From: Phoronis australis
Lineage: Eukaryota; Animalia; Phoronida
DNA length: 64,000 nt
NCBI GenBank assembly: GCA_002633005.1
Contig: NMRA01000022.1
Span: 1,356,518-1,420,517, forward strand
Direction of reading: 5' to 3'
Below, piece by piece: positions 39,487 through 50,722 of this stretch; position 1 is the first letter of the stretch; each line of letters opens with the position of its first letter. Position numbers and translations under genes: made by a program. Under the pieces are notes generated by a model, which had not been told where the DNA came from, ran no database searches, and was given only the letters and a program-made list of their open reading frames with translations.

Positions 39487-40347
39487 TTAACTATGGAGAT
39501 TCTAAAGGGACAAAATCAATTTCAAGATTTTTGCGTTCCATCCTAAAAGATTTTGCGTTCACTTGCAAATTACTCGAGTTCCCTCGCAAATACTTTTCTT
39601 TCTCTCGCAAATTCAATGATTTGCATATTATTTAAATGATTAATTAACCAGGGAGGTGCCTGCACGGGGTGACTTTCGTGTGTATGTGTATCATATATAA
39701 TAATTAACTACCTCAACACTATCGTTGACATTTTCGTTGTGTTATATTTGAATGTCATTGCCTCAACACTATTGTCAGCTATTTGTAACGTTATGTTTGA
39801 AGAATAAATGGCAAAAAAGAATTAACAGTGTATTGTCGATTAATCAGCAAAATCAAAAGTAAAATCAATCATTGCTTACAATTACATACAAATACTAATC
39901 AGATAATGACTGCAAAATTCCAATTTCCAATGTATATTTATGGGGTACCTAGAACAAATTTTAAAATGAATGTGAAATCAGTTAATGAGTTTTTTTTTCA
40001 ACATAAAGTGTTATGCATACGAACATCCTGACTGATTTTAACAAGCTTAATAACGTTACACCAACAGACAATTTCTACTAACACTAAGTTCACTTAAGGA
40101 GCATGACGTAAAATCTTCCTTACGAGTGACCAGCTCAAGGCTAAGAAACAGGAATCATTAATTGAATTCAATTTCTGTTATCAAGAACGCACCAACGTAT
40201 AAACAAACGTGGAAGCAAATTTTAAAAGCACGACCACTTGTTCGTGTATCAAAGTTTTACAGCAAAGCAAATAAAACGCATAAAACCTTTTCACTTAAAG
40301 CCATCATCAGCAAGACTGGGTTATGACACGCCTTCTCGAACTTCACC

Positions 40348-40425
40348 TTATCCTCTGGCTATCACCTTCAACCACACACCCTGGATTGGTCTTATGGGTG
40401 AGTTTTTGTCAATTACGAGAGGTAC
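40348..40425 (-). CDS. CYP last exon (VPLVIDKNSPIRPIQGVWLKVIARG*)
   Basis: ttttag acceptor; typical CYP3 C-terminus; TAA. Confidence 0.85.
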   Translation of the reverse strand, partial: VPLVIDKNSPIRPIQGVWLKVIARG

Positions 40426-40479
40426 CTAAAATAGAAGAGAGTAGACGATATTAAATTCCAACTTCAACCACCACATCTT

Positions 40480-41392
40480 CAAGGAGTTCCATCGAAACAG
40501 GAACCCCGGAGTAAAACAGAAATCTCGGAGTCGAAAATAAGACTCCCAGACTTTACAACTAACCACCCGAAAAACACGTACCCTGACCTCTAGCATGAAT
40601 CGCTGGGATCGGAAAGGACATCCGGGGACCGAAACATCTTTCCCGCATTTTCTTTCAAACATTGTTTGATGAAAAAAAAATCTTCCTATTTTAAATAGTT
40701 GTGATATGTTGTTTAACTATAATATTCTTTGAGAACTTATGACGGAATGGCGTTCTAAGTTATTCTGCGGCAAAAGTTGTGGTGCGATCTTTTGCGTCGG
40801 CTTTTGGCGCCATGAAATACTGCGTCACCTATTGGCCGGTTTCTTTTTTCCCCAATTCTTCAAACAAGTGTTCTTCTTTCACGAGGTTGTGTACATGTCA
40901 CAACAAAATAATCACTCGAAAGTCTACATGTTTTTGTTTTTAATTTTTGAAAATATTTTTGGAGAAACTATTTATTGAATAATTTGAAATTAACTAAATA
41001 TTCACCGAGAAAACAACTGTTGAGAGTATACATGTGGATTATGTTAAAATTCACCCGCAGATAAGTTGCAGGAGTTTTACCAAGAAAAATCAAATAACAA
41101 AGTCAACATAATATAAGTTACGTTTTATTATTGGCAACTTTCAACAAACAAATGCAGAAAACAACTGGAAAGTACTTGAAAATGCTTTAACTCAAAGTTT
41201 GAGGCGACTGACAACGGTCTCAGGAAAATTGAAAACATGTCCGGGTTTTCTAGGCGATCCCCGGTATTCTTGTTTTAAAGGCCAGGGTCAGTGTTTTTCG
41301 GATTGGTTAGCTGTTCTGAAGGTGGAAGAGTCTGTTTTCGACTCCAGGATATCTGTTTTACATCAGAGCTCCTGTTTCGATGGAACACCCTG
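40480..41392. mobile_element. ~910-bp element with ~150-bp imperfect inverted arms in the last CYP intron
   Basis: gttccatcgaaacagg...ggagtcgaaaa...ctaacc...cgaaaaacac vs gtgtttttcg...ggttag...ttttcgactcc...cctgtttcgatggaac; no TSD seen. Confidence 0.7.
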
Positions 41393-41687
41393 AGTTTACT
41401 CGGGTGAAAAAACCATAATTAGATATTCTTATTTTCCGAGCCTATTGGAAATACATGTGAAAATTTAATTATCAAGGGAAATTGTAGTTTTTAAGCCCAC
41501 AACTTATGGATTATTGTTGAATGGGATAATGTCACTGAAGAAATTAGCGTTGACCAGAATTATATAACAATAAAATAGTTGTGTTTTTATTATTTTATTT
41601 CAAATCTCCAGTTATTGAAGTTCTGTACCAGACATTGCCCGTTATCTAGATCGAAGAATTTACCAGTTTTAACATAAACAAAAAACA

Positions 41688-41826
41688 TACCGAGAGTGGC
41701 GTAGATGAAGTAATATTCCACAAGACATTATTCTGTATATCGAACGAGATCGAAGTTTGAAGTCGATACAATGTACGTGCAATAATGCCGAGTGAGATAT
41801 TACTTCACCTACGCTATTCGAGGTAC
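41688..41826. repeat. Imperfect palindrome (decayed hairpin-type MITE)
   Basis: gcgtagatgaagtaatat vs atattacttcacctacgc. Confidence 0.6.
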
Positions 41827-42838
41827 CTTATAATGTATGTGTTTATCCTATACGCTTCGAATTCATACGTTTCTTTGATTTTTCGGCAGATTTTTAAATA
41901 CTTCACCCTTACCGTTCACGAGGCGGATCACATCCTACTATGAACTTACGCGTTATGTTGCAGACGATATAATATTCAGCAATTACAGTGTACAAACTGA
42001 GACAGAAGTGTTATATAATTGACCTTTATGTTCCAGATGTTATGTTCGGGACCTGATTGCACGTTGCGTGTTATTTATACTGCTGCAATTTTTTATGTTT
42101 ATTACGAAATCTTCAGAATACAATGAATATACATAACCCAGAAAGCGCCAACTGGCATTAGATCTGGGTAAAAAAAATACAAAGAAGTCTATATACAATG
42201 ATTATATACGAATACATAAATAAAAAACTGATGTTAAGAATACAATGATATATGACAACGAATGAAAATAATTCATTTTCATACAGATGTATAAAATTCT
42301 ATCCACTCACACAAAGAGCTTTAATGTTATAAAGAAATTCTGATACTATTTCAAATAAAACCTTATTTTCGTTTGAGTTAAGTTCTTGACATCCATATAG
42401 AAAGAAATTAATTTTGTTGCACAATTGCGGAATTTCAGAATATTTTTTATAAACATTTGGGTATTGTTCGAGTGCCTGGAAGAGCTGTACCCTCCCCTCC
42501 TTGCATACATCACAAGCAAAGAAAACATGAGGATATGTCTGGGTATACTGCTACAATTGTATTTCTTTAAACTATTTTGGGAAAGTTTGATGATCGAACA
42601 GGCTAACGACGTCTAGTCGTCATTGTCCTGCCCAATGAGCTATATATATCTCATTGGACCTGCCTTTTAAATTTTCCATGACAGAATGCACTGTTGATAT
42701 AGTCCAGGTGGGGAACACGGAAAACACATGGCCGTATTAAACTCGACTGGTTCAACGCATATGGGATAAGAAAAGATAGTTTAAGCGTTACGATTAAAAA
42801 ACTCTACCATTTACTAAAGGTACATTTACATGTACATA

Positions 42839-42902
42839 TAGCTCAGCTAGGAGAGCGCTTGGTTGGGCGGGAGAGTTCAAGATTTCATTCCGCGCTGGGG
42901 CT
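42839..42902 (+). mobile_element. Possible degenerate tRNA-derived SINE head
   Basis: A-box-like TAGCTCAGCTAGGAGAGCG; poor B-box GATTTCATTCC; no intact cloverleaf. Confidence 0.3.
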
Positions 42903-43560
42903 GATCTCAGAAAAAGATTTTTGTCTCGTTGATAATGTCACTTAATTAGGTGCCATGATTTCTGGGTAATCTGACATGACCATCTTGTGAGTAGCCTATG
43001 CAACAAAAAGACAGCACCGTGGTGTATTAATTAGGTTCAGCACTGAAATATTTCTGATTTGCAAACACTACTCAAAATACACAGTGAAGTAAAATCCAAT
43101 TCGGATCACTCCCAGTGGATATTAAGACGAAATCCATTAGTGAAAAGAGCACGACCATGTTAGTGCAAATCACACATGTTTACGCATAAGTCTAAAACGT
43201 AACAGTAGTCTTTTTGCATTCCACTAAATGAGTGCGTTAGAGGCACGTCACACCAAACCAGTTTTTATAACCTCTAAGTGAATTCGTCCTAAAACGTAAT
43301 GAAACGGGATTGAGACAGGTAGACTTTGAGTAATTTTTGACAACTGGGTTGCGGTCTTACTCGGGCTGTGTTTCCAAAATTTTATTCCGTTGTGTTACAA
43401 TTGTGGATAACGTAATGAAAACATCCAGGAATCCCACGATATGGGGTGTTATGTGGGCCTACCAACCCATATACACGGGAAGGCTTCAGAAAGCTTTACG
43501 AATCAGACGGTGTTCATGCAACCCCTAATTGAAGACCACGAAGATTGTGGTTTCATTTAC

Positions 43561-43723
43561 CTGTGTCCTCTCACACGGAATGAACCTGAACTTCTGAAGG
43601 ACCGATGCTAGCAACATCTTCAGTTCCATCTGCGCCAGTCTCATTCCAATGCAGTTCCGAGGACCCATACCAAATGGCAAGTACGTGTACGGTTTACGAG
43701 CTTGCTTTGCTTCTGCAGTGAAT
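43561..43723 (-). CDS. CYP exon 13, haem-binding ([17 protein letters not shown])
   Basis: ttacag / GTAAAT; FxxGxRxCxG. Confidence 0.95.
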
Positions 43724-44534
43724 CTGTAATAACAGTCATCAATATTTACACGTAAATTACCCCCTTGTGAAAGTTGGGGGTTTAGTGAAGATATAGCAAC
43801 ATCTATAAACCCGAAGCAGCCGCCAATCTACTAAACAAATAATGTACAAGAAATCCACAGTCGTTGTGACATCGGCTGGTTTCAGATCTCTGACAAGCAC
43901 TTTGGTACCCAACATCAGGAGATCTCTGACAAGCACTTTCGGATCGAATCTGAACAAAACTTTATAGTCCTTTCATGTGAACAACATTCACATGTAAATA
44001 ATGTTCGTGGTATACGGAAGGAAGAAGGAATCATCGTTTTTCCAGACGATACCGCGAAGCTCTCACATTTGAGCAACGTGGTTGCTCAGTGAGACTGTGA
44101 TTACGTAACCCATTAGGTCACGTGATGTGGCCACAAGTGGCGCGCTGACCAGAGTTGAAAATGTAAGGGATAAGTGAGTCAATATTCTTCTTCTTTTGGG
44201 TACGGCAGGGTTGGATCCAGGAGCAGAGTATTATCCAGGATTTTGCCCGCCAGCATAACGCCAATTCGTCGTGAGAGACTATCCGGAGTTGGTATATGGT
44301 GCAACTCCGCATGGCCTGGGCTCAACAGAACATCACAGTTGTACTGTGAGTCTACACCAATGTGATAAACAAGAGAAATTCTACTTGCCGCGTCAGCAGC
44401 AGGTATCATTATTTCTACTATGACAGACAACGCGTGACTGGGAAAAGCCTTTTCAAAATATTGTAGATAAGCCACTGGAGCAGGAGACCCCTGAAGTCCC
44501 TGTCAAGTCCTCACGACAATTCTACGTTATGAGA

Positions 44535-44618
44535 CATTCGCACCCCCAACTGCAAAATGGAATCTAAGAGAATTTTAGGGGGGGTTCATGGCCCCCTTGC
44601 CCCCCTAATCCGCCACTG
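44535..44618 (-). mobile_element. Partial third copy of the same MITE
   Basis: cattcgcacccccaactgcaaaatgg...catggcccccttgccccc...aatccgccactg. Confidence 0.65.
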
Positions 44619-44882
44619 GACGGTTATACTAAGGCATCAGGTGGAGAATGTATTGAAAGTCATGTCACAAGTATAAGAAATCATTGCAGAAGATAACAAA
44701 TTTAAAAGCCGCATCATTTCGTTTCTCCAGTAAAGCTTTGATGGAAAACAAAGATATACATGCACTTCACTTTTTGTCTGACTTTTATTTTTTGGCGACT
44801 GTTGAGGCGTCAACTGTGAACGACACCTATAGTTCAAAGGTAATTTCAGACAACGGACAGTGCTAGTATAAATGCTGCTCAC

Positions 44883-45020
44883 CTTTCCGGGTCGAACGTT
44901 TCTGGATCAGGATAGTTTTCCGGATCATGGTGGATCTGCCAGCATGGAATCAACACTTGCGTTTTCTTTGCGAAGAATGTTCCATTAATAGTGACGTCAT
45001 CAGAAGCTAACCTATCAACC
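44883..45020 (-). CDS. CYP exon 12 (VDRLASDD...HHDPENYPDPETFDPER)
   Basis: ttttcag / GTGAGC; PERF motif across the junction. Confidence 0.93.
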
Positions 45021-45376
45021 CTGAAAACCAAAGCAGAGCAAAGTTTATATCATTAGCTCACGTTTTCGTAAACTCGGACTTGTCGCTTTGATTTTGGAGT
45101 CACCGGTTGCCACGTCTACGCGCAACGTAATGCAATCCATCCAGCGCAAAGTTAAAACTACATGTACCTATTTGGGGAAAGAAGACAGCAAAACCGAGGT
45201 GGAGTTGACGGGGTGAGTGCATTATTTGATGACTAAAATATATTATCAACGCAATCATCGAAAACAATCATTGTAACTAGAGGTTCTAACACCGTGGATC
45301 TTTTCATATAGCTGTAACAAATACGTAAATACGTTGCTAAGCTTCTAAAATTGAGTCTTTCCGATCCTCAACTTAC

Positions 45377-45465
45377 AGCCAGCCCGGAGGGTACATTCTC
45401 AGCGCTTCACTACAGCACATTTCCATAACGTCAAGCGTTTGGACGTTGTCGTGATCTGGTGTTTT
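45377..45465 (-). CDS. CYP exon 11, K-helix (SEALRMYPP)
   Basis: tttcag / GTAAGT; ExxR. Confidence 0.93.
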
Positions 45466-45713
45466 CTGAAATAATAAAACATAGGGGCACAAGTCCCCAG
45501 TTCTACTGAGTATTAACACCTGCTGTACATACACTATAAACTCTAAAAACAGTTTGGTTGTTAACCAGTCAATGCGCATATTTCTCATTGGTAAAAATTA
45601 TAATCTATTAAGATTTCTTCGATTTCCAAATCTATGCATTTTAAATTATAGAGTTTCGTATCCACGCGTTAAAGGTTTTAATATGTCTACGGAGAAAAAG
45701 TTTTCTAAATTAC

Positions 45714-45871
45714 CCCTTGAAGCTTTTCGTCTAGTTCCTCGATCACCTTATCTTGCCACTCGGGGTGGGTAGCCAGTAGATAGGCCATGAACTGCAGAAC
45801 TTGAGAAGTTGTGTCGAAGCCAGCCAAAAAGAACAGGAGGATATTGGCTGTCATTTCTTTCTTGGACATCC
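45714..45871 (-). CDS. CYP exon 10, I-helix (LLFFLAGFDTTS...ATHPEWQDKV)
   Basis: ctccag / GTAATT. Confidence 0.93.
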
Positions 45872-47042
45872 CTGGAGAAAATACCTCGCATAAGTTATCA
45901 GAGGGTTCTTACATGTATAAAACAATAGGCACGCGTTGGCCGATTCATGAAACTTAACACCGGCTAGTCTTTAACTTTGTATTCTGGCATGACGTCAACA
46001 GGAATATGCAACAGTGACCACATACATGATACAATGAGTGACTACAGTAGACGAGAAACACTCAACCAATAAGTACCACTAGGTATCGTGATTGCTTAAG
46101 AAAGCACAAGTGACGAATGCTACTACAAGTCAACAAATAAGAATTCTCGCTCTAGTTAATTGGCCGTCATTTTGCTTGTCGTGGCTAGTATTTTTTCTTG
46201 CTTGCTGAGTCGCCAAATCCTTGCGTTATACATGTACCGCCGTATCGTATGTGGCCTCATCACAGCTGCGTTCTGTAGACTCATTATACTCGCCAAAGCG
46301 TATAAGATTGAGCAAGGTTTCGTGAAATTCATGTATATTCTTACCTTACAAGCAATGCACCTAACCTCCCTCGCCCTTCTCGAGAATGCCTTAGGTCTAC
46401 GGAACGCAGCCCAACTCGCAAGATGCCAAGGGTAGGGGTTTACTCGAAATATGACTCGAAAAGATGTTGGAAATTACCGCTTCCGTGGATACGGATCCAA
46501 TCTAAATGTTCATTAGTCTGTGCTTGGGGATATCGTGGATAGCCCAAGCGAGTGTATAGCCCAAAATACATGCATGCACCTGATGACTTCTAGATTCGAG
46601 CTATAAGTTCTAGTAAAAACTTCAGATTTTGAGTTCATACTCGAACTTATACCTTTAATACGGGTCCATCAAGTGCAGTACTGTTATTCTCGCAATCCAT
46701 AATATACGCGAGCACATACAAGTAGTAATAAGCATTCTAATTGGCGTTCGTACAAAAGTAGAAAAGAAAATGTTAAAATATTTCGAGTTCGATTTCTAGT
46801 AACAAGGGCCCAGATGAAACAATTTAAACCAGCCTAGGTGCACCTCACTATTAAAAAACTTCATATGTAGGTATCACATGAAAGTCTAGTGGCTACACAC
46901 TTCAGCATTTCAGACACACATGTACATGTAGGATTTTGGAGGCAAACATATGTGGAAAATTTTCAATTACAAAATCAAAATGTTCCTAGAAACTAAGAAC
47001 TTGACAAATGGCGTAGTCCTATTGGTGACAAAAAATACAAAC

Positions 47043-47136
47043 CGGATATCTTTGTCTCTCCTTCCGAATGTGCATTTTGTTGTTCTTCAAATTCCTTGTT
47101 GGCAACCATCAGTAGCTTCAAGAAGTCTTTGTACTT
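47043..47136 (-). CDS. CYP exon 9 (KYKDFLKLLMVANK...TKIS)
   Basis: aatcag / GTTTGT; DFLxL motif; phase 0 to 1. Confidence 0.83.
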
Positions 47137-47546
47137 CTGATTCAAGAAATTAGAGAGACAATGATCAACTGATATTAATCAGGTGAATATACCGGATGTC
47201 AAAAATAATTGAAAGCATTGAGTACTAGAAATGGTTTTACAGTAAACTTATGGAGTGCCCTTATTCAAAGGATTGTAAATTTTCTTTACAAAGCGTTTGC
47301 GATAGGACAAGTGCTGCTAATCTATTTTGAAAATTCCACATCAAACTGACTCTGTCGCCTGCTTTTATACAATGCGTTTGTACAGCCGTTTAAGACCTCG
47401 CAGAAGGACTTAGCAAAAAGGCTTAAGTTTTGATGGTGGACAAGGGTTCCAAAACATAATTTTGCTTCAGTAATAACAGTGATCTACAAGTGAGTCATTG
47501 GGTATAAAGGGTTTGGCATCATTTTGTGAATAAACGGGGTTCTTAC

Positions 47547-47686
47547 TTCGCTATCCTGATTTTCTTTGCGTTCCTGAACCAGTTGGTCGATAACACTTTC
47601 AATGTACGGTATACATGAGATGAAAGTATCCCATCCAATCAACTCTGTAAACTTCAGTATCCGCGAAGCTTGCTTCGGAAAAAAGA
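47547..47686 (-). CDS. CYP exon 8 (FFFPKQASRIL...ERKENQDSE)
   Basis: tttatag / GTAAGA. Confidence 0.86.
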
Positions 47687-48152
47687 CTATAAAAGAAAAG
47701 AACATCTCTAAAGCCACGTGTACACATGGTTTCTCACCAGTGCGTCGATAAATTGTTACATGGGCGGCGCACCATAGAGGGCTAAGTTAGTTTTGTTGGA
47801 AGGGGTCCCAGCACTGTCTGTGGTCTGGCATGCAGATGATGTCACCACCCTGAGTCGAGTTACCACTTTGTAAACAAACTGAGCACTAGCATCACTCTTG
47901 TGAAGCGAGTTCAGAGTCTGGGCGAAGTGGGTTGCAAGTCAGGCACGGGATCGACTGCATTTTTTAATATTAAAATCTAATGAAATTTAGTAATGGTGCT
48001 GATACCGCTGTTTTGCCATGAATGTTTCTTCTTCATAGTATTCAGCCAAATTTGAATAAAACATGTCAACCAGACTCATTTAATGGCAGCTTGGTATGGA
48101 GTTAAAGACCAAATTTTTAAGACTTTCTATTTACAGAAAATCTACGCTTTTA

Positions 48153-48304
48153 CATGGGCGGCGCACCATAGAGAGCTAGGGCCGGGGGGTGGGGCTATAG
48201 CCCCACTATTTTTCAGTGCTACGCCGCACATGGTCTATAAGCGGTGCACCACAGGGGGACTGAGGGTGCTATAGCCCCTTTTTTTCAGTGCTGCGCCGTC
48301 CATG
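48153..48304. mobile_element. 152-bp MITE, TIR CATGG(G/A)CGGCGCA, 5-bp TSD TTTTA; orphan end copy at 47759-47786
   Basis: TIRs read directly; TTTTA at 48148-48152 and 48305-48309; internally dimeric. Confidence 0.8.
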
Positions 48305-48536
48305 TTTTACTGAGTTAAAATCGATAGTTTTGTCGATGGCTGAATCCACAGACTTGTCGTTAAGGTTCTAAAAAGCTTTACAGTTAGCGTTGAGATTTGG
48401 GTTGCATATTCATATGCATCGGCGTTGTCGCCAAAAACGACATTTTGTGTACATGTTTTAATAAAAACAATCATTGTGGCAGGGTCTATCTGTGTAAACC
48501 ATTGCCTAAAATGGTGATATAGTCTTAATTACTTAC

Positions 48537-48685
48537 ACATAAGCAACATAAAGGGGTCCCGGAAGGAGAAGTTCATTGATTTCTTAAAGTTCTTCACCAA
48601 CGGTTCGTCTGGATTGGTCTGTGAGTCCACGTGGATTCCACACGTTGTAGCCGTGATTACATCAATTGTGAAGTTGGAAAACATC
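48537..48685 (-). CDS. CYP exon 7 (MFSNFTIDVITATTCGIHVDSQTNPDEP...FMLLM)
   Basis: cacag / GTAAGT. Confidence 0.9.
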
Positions 48686-49619
48686 CTGTGAGGATAGGTT
48701 TAATTCAATAAGACAGTCTAAATCTATTAAAAGCTGTAAGTTTTACACCTTAAAGGTATATTATGCAACATTAAGATTCATACTGTCTAATGGAAGCCGG
48801 TACAGGGATTGACTAAAAACAGAAGGCAAAAAATATTCCATTAATGAACCACTGTGTAGTAATTGAATTTCAGACCACCGAAACTGAGTCCAAACTAAAT
48901 CGGATGCTAAGTCACTTTCGTGCTCTCATCGGAGCGCCAACAAGAAAAATCCCCTACTCGTCAATTCCGCCCTGTAAATCAGCAAAGACATTTGGGTGGT
49001 TCTTGATAACGACTTCCGACTCACAAACCACTAACAAAGATGTCTTAACCGGTTGACCCGGCGGAACCGGGCGAGGTCAATAAGTGCAGCCAATGTGAAA
49101 CGACCAAATGTAGCATTGGACGAAAGACCTTGCCCAACAGGTAGAGCGATATTGTAAACAAATGGTCTGGGAATGAGTTAAATAGTACACTGTACAGTGA
49201 ATCGTTTTCTTGTTTTAGTTGATGCCTTGATACCTTGAAAAAGTCCACAGACAATGAATATTTTGCACAATGTGCCGATTTAGTCTGTTGTTGTTGCAAC
49301 CAAAGCATGCTATAATTTAAAGAGATTTTACAACCGAATGTAATCTTCCAGCCAATGGAATGTCCAAATATTTCTTTGTTTTCTTTTACTCAGAAAGCCC
49401 AAATCAACCATTCTTTCACAGAGACACTGTTCATAGATGTACTGTGAAGTAACGTGCATCCTTGTGCAGTGCCAATCATTCAGATACGACGTGGCGAAAG
49501 AGTATAGTTGATACGGTTGATTGACCAGATAAGATCATGATTAATTAAGCCTCACCAGCTCTAACAATGGCCCAGCCTTGGGGAACAAGAGGTATTGTGA
49601 CCATAGACATGTTAATACC

Positions 49620-50712
49620 ATAGACCGGGCGCACGCACTACTGCAGCTGACAACTTGACGCCATATTGGAGAGTGCTACAAGCCACGTGACACGGCTAAT
49701 CGCCTTGTAAACAAACGCGGTAAATTGTCCTTTTCAAATCACGACATCTAACAAATAAAGAGGCCGAAGAGTGTGATTTTTCCAGAAACATACAAAGACA
49801 TGTGATGTAGCACTTACATGCGTTTTTTAAGAGTTAAGCAGTCGATAGGGAAAATAGCGAACTATTAGAAGATCGCAACCAGTGGCAGATTTTCAAGTGG
49901 CCTAAGGGGATGCGAGCGTTTTATTTTTTCGTTTTTTTTTCAAGAGAAACCACTAGGATCGCGCAAATTTACCATTTAATTCGTGTCGCGTGCAAATATA
50001 TTATAACCAAGAGACGTGCCGCTCACTCGGGACGTACCTTTTTGGTGCCCCAATAAGCCTTTTCACTGAGTGTTGAACAATAACCCTGGGTAACTTTGCA
50101 AAATTGCAATATGATCCGGGTCGCTTTTAATGGCGGGGTCTAAATTTAATATGAACTACTGTGACAAATGAACTCATTGGGGTCATATAAATAAATGACA
50201 GGTTTTTAAAGTTCATTAGGGCGTTCTTCCGATCAGTACAGCGGTTGTGAGCGAGTGATAACATCTAGCTCCTCCGTTAACTGCCGAACATAGTCTTTTC
50301 TTTGGTAGGACAACATGCAGGAAAATTATCTACCAGGCTTATTACTCAAATATAATTTGCAAACACAATCATATCATTTAATTGATCTAAAGTGGTCTCA
50401 ATCACCAAGACTGATGTGGAAACAACGCATAAGTAGTCGCTCCGCTTAAACTATGGTGGCAGAACATAAAAACCTAGTTGCTGCGCCACTAAACTCCGTG
50501 GCCGAGCCATAAAGCCCATGCTTCAGTGGCAGGTCCAAAAAATTAACTCTTTGGCTGCAGGTATAAGACTGCGAGCCCAGGCCGCATTTCCCGACTGTTG
50601 CCGTAGGGCTCCCTGTGTTTGTCGCCATTTTTGTCCTGTGTAGCACTCTCCAATATGGCGTCATATTCACAACGCCAGCTGTATGTATCTGAGTGGCGCG
50701 CGCCCGGTCTAT
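49620..50712. mobile_element. 1.09-kb non-autonomous TIR element (ATAGACCGGGCGC termini), unclassified
   Basis: 13-bp perfect TIR plus 25-bp perfect subterminal inverted TGACGCCATATTGGAGAGTGCTACA. Confidence 0.8.
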
Positions 50713-50722
50713 TTCATGTTAT

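Noticed and set aside
42839-42902. Functional tRNA gene
   Set aside because: Only the A-box/D-arm resembles tRNA; no anticodon arm, T-arm or terminator.
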